DNA of 64,000 nucleotides from Eremomyces bilateralis CBS 781.70 (Eukaryota), in NCBI GenBank assembly GCA_010015585.1, contig ML975170.1. One strand, written 5' to 3'. The position numbers were made by a program, and so were the translations under genes. Positions 1 through 12,055 of this stretch are shown here, piece after piece (the stretch's first letter is position 1; each line of letters starts with the position of its first letter). The notes under the pieces are model-generated. The model saw nothing but the letters and a program-made list of their open reading frames with translations, did no database searches and was not told the origin of the DNA.

Positions 1-2631
1 CATCTGTGGCGGAGGGGCTGGCTGGGGCTGTGCTCCTCTAACCGATCTTTGGTGTCGCAATGGTGTTGCACGTACCTGTTCGAAGGCAGACGGGAGTCGA
101 CGTGAAGAAGGGTTGTTTGGCCGGTCTCTTAGTCCAGGAGGAAGTCGTGCCATAGCTGGATCGCGTACTGTCGCGAAGGATCCGGGTGGTGGGAGTGTAG
201 GTAGCTTGTAAAACCAATAGGAGTCGATCATAGGAAGCTGGATTTTCGTATTTTGTGATAGATAATGTCGAATAGAATGGAAGCAAGGAAGTCCAAGAGA
301 GGTCTGATATATGTGTGTGCACGGAGACTGGTTCGAGTAATCTCCTGAGTTCTCTTCATTTCTCTGTCGCCGCTCTTCATCTCTCCGTCGACGTTCTTCA
401 AGCCTGATTCGAATGATACTTCGATACATCTTCTTAAGCGCTTGCGGAGAAACATGTTAGATCACTTCCGGAGAGAAAACGGCGCGATACTTCGGATTGA
501 CACGGATTGCAGAGTCCTCCATTGCGACAGTAGCCTCATGGTTTGTACGACGGATTGAGTGCGTTAATTGATCGATAGTATTCATTATATCGCCTCGTCG
601 AAGCGTGATCCGTCACTTAATAGTTGCATAAGAACTCTCGGCCCTCGATGTCGTACGATGTCCAAAGTTGCGATGCAGGTTTGTCCATGCAGCAGACCAG
701 AGGTGTCGCGTATCGTAATGTTCGTGCCGGAAGTATTCGATGATATCTGTTTGGATTGAATAGGTAGTGCAGATTTGACGAAATATCCGCTCAAATTCAT
801 CCTCTGTTTTGGCATAGATAAGCTGTTGGAAGGCTTGGAAGAGATCTGTCCTATATTGTGCGACCTCATCATCACTCAGACCGTCCGGTCGAACAAAGTG
901 ACGCGAACTAGAGATGCGTGTCTGCCAATTACGCTCAAGGTGCCAAATGCAGAGCTGATGGGATGCCTCTGGGTATATTCTACCCACTGCTTTCACAAGA
1001 GCACCGTCTTTGTCAGTGATGATTAACTTTGGGAGGCGGAGGTCCCCCATTTGGTTTCGAAGGCATGTCAGAGCCCAGATATAATCTTCCTCCTGTTCCC
1101 TCGCAAGAAAGCAGAAGGCTATATTAAAGTTCTGACCGTTCGCAGTGACTCCGATGGCATTTAGAAGGGGAAGGCTCCACTTGTTTGTACGGTACGTACA
1201 ATCGAGAAGGAGGACATCGGGATGTCTTTGAGCAAGATCGTGGGAGGTTCGATGCATGAAGAAAAGGCGGTGTAGTCGGTCCTCTGTATCGATCGAATGT
1301 GCCGATGAGATATACTCATCTTTTTTAAGCAGCTCCTGAAGAATGGCCTGCGTTGATGTCATTCCATTCAAGCGCTCTAGTTTCTTGCGTGACCGGATAT
1401 TTCGTATTTCTCTGGACCGGATGTTTAACGTAGATGGGCACTCTCGTAGCATAAGCGCAAGGATATCGCTAGGAGAATTTCCTGCCTCTGAGAGCTCAAC
1501 GACCTGGTTAACCCGCGATGGAGATAGCTTCCGATGTACCCGATGGCCACGAGAAGAAAGGAGGGCGTGGTTATGACGAGAATCTTTGACTCTAAGGATC
1601 CAGGCTTCGAGAGATTTATCCAGGCGGACGATGACCTCCCATTCACAGTTATCGCGTAATGATCTCGTCTCCCGAGCTCTTCCTTTACATTCATACCGGC
1701 CGTGGCGGTCACAAGTGATCCAGTACTTCGTTTTCTCTGTCCTATTACCTTAGTTGTCTTTCTTTGAACGATTAACCCGAATACCAAAGTTGTGTTGCTT
1801 TGAAAAGGTAAGAATATCTTCCCACGCCTGTTGAAATGTAGGCCATCCGACTGGCGGTTGATGAGGAATAAGATGAGCTGGTTCCTCAGCCTGCGGAGGA
1901 GTAGCCTCATCCTGTCTTGGTAGACCACTAGTATCGCCAATAATCTCATCGATAGGAATATAGCTACTTCTCGACTGAAATGAACGATTCGTATCGGTAT
2001 CGCTTGAAAGGATATCTGACTCAGACGAGGAAATCGTGACGTGGCGATAGGTCCGCATAATTCTTTGCCTTCTGTTCGTTGGCGGATTTTCTTGCGCATT
2101 GATACTATCCTGAAGTCTCTGATTCTCCAAATGTTGCTTCGCTTCATGGTGGAGGGAAGCACGGTTAAAGGATGCGTAAGGTCCGTAGTTCTGTTGCAAT
2201 GAAGTCGACCAGAAGGACTTTAGAGATTGAAGCTCCTTAAGCGGGACTTGCTTCTGTCGGCCTGCCAGAACCTGTTCTCGGAGCGCTGTAGTGACCTCGG
2301 AGCATAAGCCAGGCGGAGAAAATGGTCTTTCTAGCCACTCTTCTAGGCTAGAACGCGAATGTAGGGTATCCTGTGGCGGGATCTCGTTCTGATTATGCTG
2401 AGAGTTATCGGAGAGGTCGCGCTCGCGGAGTCGAGAGAATGCTCCAGATATTGCATTGTAAAAGACATTCTCAAGACCGTTCTAAAGCGGCTTAAGTGCT
2501 TTGCGTATCTCCTCATCTACCGAGCTCGATTGCATATTCTGGAAACTGGAATTGATGTCTCAAATACGTCCTTGTCCTCATTCTTGTCCTCGTTATCGTT
2601 GTTGATGAGTTGATACATCTCTTAAGGCCAT
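1..2631 (-). pseudogene. MULE transposase pseudogene (FAR1-type DNA-binding domain, MULE DDE domain, SWIM finger)
   Basis: One frame from ATG 2631 to the window edge, without frameshift, broken by 7 stops (2593, 2578, 2560, 2482, 1750, 613, 457). Motifs: YWITCDRHG..C.W..HNH; LLLDCTYRTNKWSLPL; IITDKDGAL; HQLCIWHLERN; TTSRAESS; CTHIYQTSLGLPCFH. Confidence 0.92.
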
Positions 2632-2877
2632 AGAGCCTATGAAAGAAACACGCTGAATCTTGCTCTGCTAATGTCGATCGTAATTCCCTATTTCATCTTC
2701 GCCCTGCTTATGCCGTTTCCAAGCTTTTCATCTTTCTGCCTCTTCTAGGCAGACCTCAGCTTCGTCAAGTAGCCCCCACTACATGATACTACTCCTAGCA
2801 CCATGTAGATGTACCTCCCTATATAGGGGAGTCTCAAATACGTTATATTTGCCCATCTGCATCAGATATTCTAAGGG

Positions 2878-2981
2878 ATTGGTATGTCATGTGACTAGAA
2901 TTGGTATGTCATGTGACCGGGTAGGGTGTAAATGGAGCGGGGTACGGGTGTGAATGGAGCACAGCAGGGTGTGAAAGGAGC
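2878..2981. repeat. Subterminal direct repeats of the MULE
   Basis: ATTGGTATGTCATGTGAC twice (2878, 2900), then GGGTGTRAAWGGAGC three times (2924, 2946, 2967); period 21-22 bp. Confidence 0.85.
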
Positions 2982-3631
2982 TTCACCCGCTCTTAGCATC
3001 GATCCCTCCATCACATGACCACTTGGCCAGCCTCCGTTCCAACCTCTTCCATCATCAACTGGCAGACAACTGCAAATCGTTGAGCCTCCAACAAACATCA
3101 CCACTAAAGTAGGGACTTACAGTACCGCGTGTAAGCAGCAGAGGGTACCACCTTCCATTGTACCTAATATGGGCATTGCACGGTGTCGTAGCTATCTGAT
3201 TGCACGTTCACGGGACAATCCCTCCCTACTAACCACTTACTCCGTACAGACACGTGGAGACAGATAAACCGCGGAGGTTTGGCTACCGTACCTACTGGTA
3301 CTTATATATTATGTGCCGACAATCTACCATGGTGCGGGACCTATCGATGATGCATCTCCAACCGCCGCGCCGTTCCATAATGCAGAGGCAGACGCACAAT
3401 GCACCTTGCCGGAGAATGATATAGATTGAAGTTCCAAGTTACCCCCATGCATCTGTGCGCGAAAACGAATTCCAGGTCGGAAGCCCCCTTTCTCGATCCT
3501 CGCCGCGGGGCCTTCCAACCACAGAGACTGCCGAAAATTCCACCCTTACCGGTGAACACGTCGCCACGGTTGTCTTCCTGCCATGTAACTGGGTGGTTTC
3601 TATGCTGAAATGAATGAACGCCTTCTTGAAT

Positions 3632-5015
3632 CTAGTTGTGATGGAACAAAACACTGATACTTTCGCCATGATGGACGCGCCGAATGGCCTGATTTGAGAG
3701 TTAGCTCGGACTCGCTCGTATATTGGAAACCCCGACAGATCCAACTCACCTCCGCAAACATGGAGCTGACATCGAGCACCTCAAGCTTTGGGCACTGTCG
3801 CGCATGCTCCGATTGATCCACACTGTTCGTCACCACGACCCGGTCCAGGTGGCTGGCATTGATGCGATCAATCGCATCCCCGCTCAGCACTCCATGGGTG
3901 ACAAGTGCGTACACCATGGTAGCACCCTCTTTCTTCAACAGCTTGGCCGCGCGGGTGATCGTGTTGGAGGTGTCGGCAAGATCGTCCACCAGGATCGCCG
4001 TTTTATCCGCCACGTCTCCAACCAACATCATCGTTGCGTTCTGTCGGTCGGTGATCTGGGTCGGTCGTCGCTCCTGGAAAACGGATCAGTGAGCCATGTT
4101 CAGCGGCGTCCGTGGACAAGAAAATCTCACTTTGTGAATCAGAGCAAAGTCCACGCCCAGAGCATCGGCGATGGCGGTGGCCCGCTTCGCGCCTCCGGCA
4201 TCGGGGCTCACAATGACCGCGTTCTTGTAGGCGGGGATCTGGAACTGGATGTGCTTCTTCAACAAATGCCGTCCGTACAGATTATCAACGGGGATGTCAA
4301 AGAATCCCTGGTATTGCGGGTCATGCAAATCCATCGTGATGACGTGGTCCGCTCCCGCGCAGGTGAGGAGATTGGCGACCAATGTCCCGGCCTGAGCCAC
4401 CCATTGCCTGTACCCTCGCTGGGGCACGAATTTGGGCGGTTGCGTGATTTCGGCCGCGGTGCTGTGGTACGGCGCCTTCGAAGGCTCGGTCGGAGTGGAG
4501 GTATGGTCGCTTCCATTCCGCTTCTCGTCGGCCTTGGTGTGATCACCATTGGTCATCTGCAATCGACCGAGCTGCTTCTGAAGATTTTGCGGCTCGGTTG
4601 GGCCGGCGGAGTTGGGGTTGGGGGACTGCGGCCGACTGTCGAACGTGTAGGCCCCATTCCGCTGTCTGTGGACGACTCCTTTGGAGAGAGGCGCGCCCAA
4701 TTTATTGTACGGGATGTCGGGTTGTCGGGAGTAGGGGAAGAGTGGGAGCACGGCGGTGACTCGCGTGGCGGAGGCGGTTTTGCATGCGGAAATGGTGATC
4801 AGCAACTCCATGAAGTGGTCATTGACCTTTCCACCGCCCGATTGAATGACGAAGACATCCTTTCCTCGGACGGATTCTTCGATCTCGACGCGTGTCTCGC
4901 CCACGGAGAACTTGCTGAGGGTGATCTTTCCGGGGGGGATGCCCAAGTGGTTGCAGACATTCTCCACCAGGTGCTTGTGGGAATTGCCTCCCAAGATGAC
5001 AATATTCCGCACCAT
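3632..5015 (-). CDS. PRS5: Ribose-phosphate pyrophosphokinase (PRPP synthetase), Prs5-type with a non-homologous insertion
   Basis: Exons 5015-4131, 4073-3750, 3688-3632. Motifs [17 protein letters not shown] [insert] [54 protein letters not shown]. The insert position after SRQPDIPY matches yeast Prs5. Confidence 0.93.
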
Positions 5016-6011
5016 CTTCGGGGATTGGGGGATGTCGTCGGGATTAGGGGTCGAACCGAGCGACACGGCGATAATTTCGGCGGGAATGGCTCCAAATCGA
5101 GCCCGAGGGCGGGGACTATGTAGAGAATTTGGCGGGGAGGGAGGGGATGGATGATGATATGATTGCGAGCTGGGAGCGGAATTCTTTTCTCCCGGTTTTT
5201 CAACCAGACGGTCAAAGAGTGATGTCGTCGGAATAGGCTTCCTGGAAGGGAGCACTGTCAGCGTAAGTGACAATCGACATTATTTTAGTAGTAGGAGAGA
5301 GGAGGATGTTTAGGTGGAGGGATGAGCGAACAATTGGGCGGATGGAAAAAGATTTGGTTCGGCGGGACAAGGTTGGGGTTGGGGGTTTCGGCCGTTTGGA
5401 GTTGGGACGATTTGGCGCAGTACTAATTGTGCAGTACTAATTAGTACGATGATTATGACTACAGACTACAGATTAGAGTGCTGTTGGCCATCCAATGCTC
5501 AATCCTGGATTTCGAATGCTTTTTTCCTATGGGTTCGTTCACTTGGTTTGCACTTTGCGACGAAGTGTTGGACTCCATCAAATTCATGATCAACCGGTAA
5601 CTATTGTTATGATCCGATGATTGTAATGGCGCCTGCCACCCATCTCCTTCATCCGATGTCGCCCCCGTTCTGCATGACTGGCACTCACGGCTTCGATCCT
5701 AGGCACCCATATATATCCTGGGCACCCGTATCCTAGCTACAGGCATCCGATCTCGCGTAGGCGCTCCGTCGCCCGCTCAGTCGCTCATCGGCCGGTCCAC
5801 TCCCGAGTTTCTAGACCGTATTCCGTACATGCACCGTCAATACCATTAATCCATATGCGCCCGCCCCAGTGATGCATTCGGGGCACCAGATTGGTTTCCT
5901 TCTGCATATCCACTGAATCACGGAAATCGCGCCGACGTCTCATGTGACTGCCGTGCTTATGCATCGTATCCCATCGGACGTGAGGTTAAGAGGAATCGAT
6001 ATCCCGGAATC

Positions 6012-6638
6012 TCAGTCCTCATCGTGAATGATGATCCCCGGCGCATCTACCACTTTGGCTTCGCCATTAGCCTCTGCTGGATCGATATATCGGGCTGTAT
6101 CCATAGCATCGCCACCAGCGTTCGCTTTCATCGGACCTAGCCCTTGCTTCCGGGGCGCTTTGCCAACGGTCGACACCGATCCTTCTTCCGTGCTTATCGT
6201 GCCCTTCCCCTTCGCCTGTTGCTTCCTCGCCTTGGCCCGGTCTCTCTTCGCCTTGTTCCGGTTCGTCTTCGCCTCATCCTTTCGTTTCTGTTCTTCTTTC
6301 CGTGCCGCAAACTCCTTGTCCGCCTGCTCTTGCTCTACCGATTCGTCCATCTGCCGAAGCCGGTCATATTCCCTCCGCCGACTGGCCTTGTAGACGTGGA
6401 ATTCGCCGCTACCCGCACCGGCGCTGGAGCCTTGCACGTTGGCGACGATCTCGGGTGGTGGGGCGAGCTTTTTGGGGTCGGGGATGGTGGGGATTTTGAC
6501 TTCGCGATCGGGATGCGCGAACAGAGCATCGATCTGAGCGGATTGTTGGGAGACGGGAGTGAGAGCGCGCTTCTTCACCGGCCTCTGAGAGCGACGGTCG
6601 GCTGAGGTGGGAATCGATTCGGGGATTGGCTCCGACAT
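6012..6638 (-). CDS. PRKRIP1: PRKR-interacting protein 1 homologue (DUF1168), a spliceosome-associated protein
   Basis: Intronless 208-aa ORF with the signature NVQGSSAGAGSGEFHVYKASRRREY followed by a K/R-rich coiled coil. Confidence 0.93.
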   Translation of the reverse strand: MSEPIPESIPTSADRRSQRPVKKRALTPVSQQSAQIDALFAHPDREVKIPTIPDPKKLAPPPEIVANVQGSSAGAGSGEFHVYKASRRREYDRLRQMDESVEQEQADKEFAARKEEQKRKDEAKTNRNKAKRDRAKARKQQAKGKGTISTEEGSVSTVGKAPRKQGLGPMKANAGGDAMDTARYIDPAEANGEAKVVDAPGIIIHDED

Positions 6639-7236
6639 GATGTCCGCCAGGCGACAAAGATGTCCACGAGAATGGGATAGAACCCCGCTAGATGGATGCT
6701 GAGGCGAGGGCGACGGCTCCGAATTAATATGATTGTAAACCAGAATGGAAATGTGAGATACGGGTGCAGGTAGGAAGGATTGACATGAACGTGAACTACC
6801 TTCTACGGTGTTGATTCTGTGCTTGTCGCTCCGCGCCGCAAAGTAAATAATTACTGGAGTCTTTCTGTTGATAGCAGCGATCTAGATTGAGGCGTTTTCG
6901 GCGGACAGTTCAGACCATAAGTGCAGCATCTCCACCAACTGAAGCATTCGGATTGACGATGACAAAACATGTACAGCAAGTACAGCAACTAAACAACTGA
7001 ACTGTATTCCGTACTCCGTAGCCATATACCATAAGGTACCGTATTCATATATTGGAATATTCTGTATTAGTACCTAAGTAGGTACGGTGATACGTACAGG
7101 TGTCTTTGTCCATTCATCCAATTACCTTTCCCCTGAACCTCCCAAAGTCTCGAAAACTCCTCGGACCTCCTACAATCGTGGATTACATGTCAGCCCAGGA
7201 GTCTGCTGTTTATTTGGTTACTTGCAAATCGCGATT

Positions 7237-9154
7237 ATGGGGAAACCACGGGTATGTCTGCCATTCTCTCTCACCTGTCAAGCTCGCCTCTCCTTCGTGT
7301 CCCGTTTTCCGTCACGTATTAACTTGCAGCATTAGATGATCATATTGATTCGTCATGCTCAGTCGGAAGGGAACAAAAACCGCCAAATCCACCAGTATAT
7401 CCCAGACCACCGCGTGAAACTCACGGCAGAAGGCTGGAAACAGGTATGCAATCCAGCAGTGGAAGGTGGTACCATCGCTGACTTCCGGATCAAGGCTGAG
7501 GAAGCAGGGCGGAGGCTACGCTCTCTGCTGAAACCAGACGACACCATCCAATTCTTCACTTCGCCATATCGCAGGACACGGGAAACCGCTCAGGGCATTC
7601 TCTCGACCTTGACCACATCCGATCAGTCCGACCCCTGCGGCCCATCGCCCTTCCAGCGAGAAAACATCAAAGTGTATGAGGAACCACGGCTTCGTGAGCA
7701 GGACTTTGGCAATTTCCAGCCATGTTCGGCCGAAATGGAGCGTATGTGGCAAGAGCGGGCAGATTATGGTCACTTCTTCTACCGAATACCCAACGGAGAG
7801 TCGGCCGCCGACGCCTACGATCGGATAAGCGGGTTTAACGAAAGCTTATGGAGGCAGTTCGGCGACGAAGACTTCCCAAGCGTCTGTGTGCTGGTCACGC
7901 ATGGCTTGATGACAAGAGTCTTCCTCATGAAATGGTAAGCTTCTGCACTCGTGTCGTATGCTATGGCGACTGATTCGGGCCAGGTACCACTGGTCGGTGG
8001 AATACTTCGAGGATCTTCGGAACGTCAACCACTGCGAGTTCATCGCCATGAAGCAGTCGGAGAACAACGGCAAGTTCATCTTGCAGAACTCGATGCGAAC
8101 CTGGTCGGAACTCAAGCGTCGCGCTGCTGCCTTGAATGCCGAAGCTGGTGGGAACGACAAAGGCACGAACGCCACACCGAAAGACCAGGGAGAACTCTTG
8201 GACTCCGCCGATGTCCCGACACGAAGATGGGGCGGGTGTGCCAACGGATGTAACCATGCCCACCTCAACTATCCCAATCGACCACGGAGGCAGAATACAA
8301 TCGACTACCTACAACAGCCAGTAAAGCATGACATAAGCACGGTCCGAGAACTGCAACGAGAATCGGATGATCACCCGATCGCTTCCCAGGATGCAAAAAA
8401 GCACGGTGCCGTTCCCCGGAAAGGAAAGGCGTTTGGAATTGATAGTGCCATCGCTACTAAGGATGGCACTCGAAGCAGAGGCCATGGCGATAGAGGATCA
8501 AGGTTGGAGCCCATATACAACGATCAAGGGCCCGAATCACCAATAGAGACACCATCGACCGCTGCTTTCTCGTCTGAAGCGGAAGTGGCTGACAGTGAAG
8601 CGAGCCGTTCTCGTGCGAGCCGTCATCACCAGCACGATGATCACCGGCCTGGGAAAATGAAGAGCCTCAGCTCCAACCTACTCGCTCCAGACTCATCGAA
8701 TCCCGCTCGATCACAACGGCCGAACCACTTTCATTTGATGGGGCGTGACTTCGGAGGCTCTCATTCTGGGGTGAGCACCCCGGCCGATATACTTTCTGCC
8801 GATTCCAATTCTGCATCCGACCTTGACGGCTTTGATTCGCATGCCACACCCGCAACGAAATCTCAATCGAAGTCGCTCCCAATCCAGTCTCAGTTTTTGT
8901 CGCGGAATAAGCGGTCCATGACCCGGCAAGAACTGGAGGAGGAAAGCGGCATGAACGGCGCTGCACGAGCCGACGCTCTGGGTGATGCGGAAGACGAAGG
9001 CGATATTCCAGCCGCTAATCTTTCGAAAGAAATAAACGACGGATCCGGCAAAACCGCCGGCGGCGACACGCTTCAAGAGTACGAAGGGTGGACTGAGGAG
9101 GATATCGAGAAAGCGAAGGAGGAGAATTGGAAGAGCTTTGCTGAAATTTACTGA
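7237..9154 (+). CDS. DET1: Histidine phosphatase / phosphoglycerate-mutase family protein (Det1-like broad-range phosphatase)
   Basis: Exons 7237-7251, 7336-7443, 7495-7934, 7984-9154. Motifs MGKPR-IILIRHAQSEGN, TSPYRRTRET, EPRLREQDFGNFQ, GHFFYRIPNGES, LVTHGL; long disordered C-terminal tail. Confidence 0.85.
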
Positions 9155-10923
9155 ACTTTTCCGTTGGGTTCATTCGCTTCATGACTGGCGTTGTTAAAGG
9201 ATACCTGGCCTGACGAGATACGATGATGATTATAGAATCCGAAGAGGGCTTCGTGGACGGTTCATCTGTACCATTGCGATATTGGGATTGTTATTCTCTG
9301 AGCGATATGGATCCGAGGACGAAATGCCACATCAGGATCGGTGCATTCAGAATACACGATTGACGATACACTACTACGAGTGATGGTGCAATCAAGCAAC
9401 TCGGAGGTCCTGTCACCAATGCACCTATAAATCTGGCTCTTTGATCGCTTCCCGTACTCCTATAAGGCGTATTGGGCGAAGCAGATCCGAGTGGATTTGA
9501 GCTCGCTGGGTTAAATCCTTAATATAAACTTAAAAGGTTATTTTGTCGGCACTCGCTCAGAGCGAAAGGCCCAAGACAGGTTAGCTATCAGTGGACTGGC
9601 AATACCCGAAGGAGAGACGGCAAGCTTATTCATGTTATTATGACTTATTATTGTCTATCAACCGCACAAGGGGAGTCTTCTGTGGCGAATCTTTCTGATC
9701 CCTAGGCTTTGACGAGACCAACTTCACCTTCCGCTTTCAATGTCCACTCTACCAGTACAATAAGCTGCCCTAGTCTCTCTTTCATCGAATCTACGCCTTT
9801 GGTTCCGTTTGTTCTTAGAGTCTTTCATTCTTCGCGAGTGATGTAGAACACCATGGTGTCATTTTCTCGAGCAGTGGCAAGCGATGTCTTCAATCACCTC
9901 GATTTGGCCGCACTATCTCTGGGACATCAGAGACCTCATCGAACCTGTCAACACTAGTTATTATCAATCGCCCGTCCATTGACCACAATCATTTCCTGTT
10001 GGGCTTTCGTATCGATTGAATTACAGCCCAGTCTCCCAGTCATCGATGTCAATAGTGCTACTACCACCCGCATGACCAATGGATATAAGCAAGTTAGATT
10101 GATATTTGGCAGCCATCCAGAACATGACGACGTCAAAGGATCCGTAGAGTTTGTCAGCAGCTAGCTAGCCTATCATATTTCAAGTTCGGGTATCTTCTGC
10201 TCAACACCGTCGTAAAGGGCGTCTAATACTACTAGTTATCTGAAGTAACTTAGTTATAAGTTAGTTAACTACGTATAGGGCGTCTTTAATAGAACATCCT
10301 CCCAATGTGTTTGTAATACCATCGACTCCCCACCAATAATCGTGTTATGACGAATAAAGCTCAGTCTGGTCCGTTGACGCCATCGCACCCTTGGTTATGG
10401 TTGAGACAGAATACCTAATTCGGGGGATGCTTAGAAACACCTGCAAGAATCATAGCATCTGAGCAACCTTTAGATGGCTGCCCATGGCCGAAATACATGT
10501 AGCGTCCGATACGACCGAAGTGAATTACTAACCATCTGGTCTGGGGCGAGGCATCCCCGAAATCCGAATGGCGGGGAAGCTCGGCCGATGGCATCATTCT
10601 CTAAATCTCACGCCCTGTGGAGTGGAGTAGTCACTAATGAACATTTGTAATAGTGCCACTAGAAGTTGAGAGGGTTGACACTTGACAGTGGGATTAATCG
10701 AGTATAAATCCCTTTCAACATTCCGCTTGATCTTGTACTTCCGTTATTTCCATTAATTACTGTACCGTACTGAGCAGCTACCCCACCGGATCGAATCTGA
10801 TTACGCCCACATACTACGGAGCAGTGTCATTGCAATAGTGTTGTTACAGAGTGCTCTCAGCATATATTCGCCTTTACCGCCTTGTCCATCCGTCAATCGC
10901 GTTTGAGACGTCTATTACCAACA

Positions 10924-11835
10924 ATGGCCACAGCAGCGCCTCTTCAGCCAACTGCGGCCCATCAGCCGGCTTTCGCTGCCACCGTACCCGAACCTGTCTC
11001 TGCTCCTTCCAATCTTACTGTCCCGCGTGGACCGGTTGAGGCAAAGCTCTCCTACTATACCCCTCCGGCGGATGGCTCCCGTCCGTACGGCTACGTTGAG
11101 CAGCCGCCAGAAGGCGTGCCACAGCGCAACTACAGCAAAGAAGATCACGAGGTTACAATTGAAGACCTTCGTGGGCGCGAGACCGACTTCACCCTTGACA
11201 AGAATGCGTTCGAGGTCTTGGCGAACGTCCCCTCAGCGACAACATACACAACGTTTGATTCCGATGACGAGGTTGAAAAGGTGTATTACCCTGAAGTAGA
11301 GAAGCTCCTCCTCGACAGCCTGCCTGGCGCGCACCGCATTTTCATCTTCGATCATACCATCCGCCACGCAAGGCCCAATTCCAATCGGAGTCCTGTCACA
11401 CAAGTCCACATCGATCAAACTCCTGCTAGCGCCAAGCAAAGAGTTGAGCATCATTTGCCGGACGAGGCAGCCGAGCTAGTTCGTGGCCGGTATCGCATCG
11501 TGAACGTGTGGCGTCCACTTAATCCTCCAGTATACTCCTTCCCCCTCGCCATTGCGGACTCATCGACGGTTAGAGATGAGGATCTCGTCGGAGTGGAGCA
11601 TCGATATCCAACACGTACGGGAGAAACGGCAGGGGTGAAATATCACAAAGGGCAGAAGTGGTACTATCTGTCGGGCATGCTTGGCAATGAACGTTTGTTG
11701 CTCAAGTGCTCCGACAGCGATGGAACAGTCGGAGGTTACGGCCGGGCACCTCATACCGCTTTCATCGACTCGAGGACTCCGGATGGGGCGCCAGGTCGGG
11801 AAAGTATTGAAGTGCGAGCACTCGTTTTTGGTTGA
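10924..11835 (+). CDS. asaB/CmcJ/NvfI-family non-heme Fe(II)/2-oxoglutarate-type oxygenase
   Basis: Intronless. VYYPEVE, FDHTIR, VHIDQT (HxD), INVWRP-type segment (IVNVWRPL), FPLAIAD, KWYYLSGM, APHTAF, RESIEVRALV are hallmarks of this family. Confidence 0.85.
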   Translation: MATAAPLQPTAAHQPAFAATVPEPVSAPSNLTVPRGPVEAKLSYYTPPADGSRPYGYVEQPPEGVPQRNYSKEDHEVTIEDLRGRETDFTLDKNAFEVLANVPSATTYTTFDSDDEVEKVYYPEVEKLLLDSLPGAHRIFIFDHTIRHARPNSNRSPVTQVHIDQTPASAKQRVEHHLPDEAAELVRGRYRIVNVWRPLNPPVYSFPLAIADSSTVRDEDLVGVEHRYPTRTGETAGVKYHKGQKWYYLSGMLGNERLLLKCSDSDGTVGGYGRAPHTAFIDSRTPDGAPGRESIEVRALVFG

Positions 11836-12055
11836 GGGGTCTGCGGGAAATATTTTGTTAGTATTATCGGACTAGGAGTTTGGAATGGATTTCTGGATAG
11901 TTGCGCTGGGGTCTGACATGCTTACCTGTCATATAATGATATGATTGTCTCGATAGTGCGCGTGAGAATGATGAACCTATCGTCACCATCACTGAGAACT
12001 CCATGATTGCTGTAGGCAGGGGATCCTGCTATCCAAGGAATCAATCATGTGCGGT

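Larger units (their letters stand above)
1..2992 (-). mobile_element. Mutator-like (MULE) DNA transposon, inactivated; its other end lies left of the window
   Basis: Contains a FAR1/MULE/SWIM transposase frame (next feature). A subterminal repeat array lies at 2878-2981 and the sequence then ends ...CACCCGCTC at 2992 (reverse complement GAGCGGGTG). That this is the terminus is inferred. Confidence 0.85.

Noticed and set aside
1425..2162. 245-aa minus-strand ORF inside the MULE
   Set aside because: It is an alternative frame; the FAR1/MULE motifs lie in the stop-interrupted frame.
3723..5123. 466-aa plus-strand ORF overlapping PRS5
   Set aside because: It is an antisense shadow in codon register with the real gene, crosses the 57-nt (3n) intron, and has no recognisable motifs.
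9500..10330. TA-rich stretch with broken minus-strand frames that looked like a decayed gene or transposon
   Set aside because: No motif, TIR or TSD could be identified by eye; BLASTx is needed.
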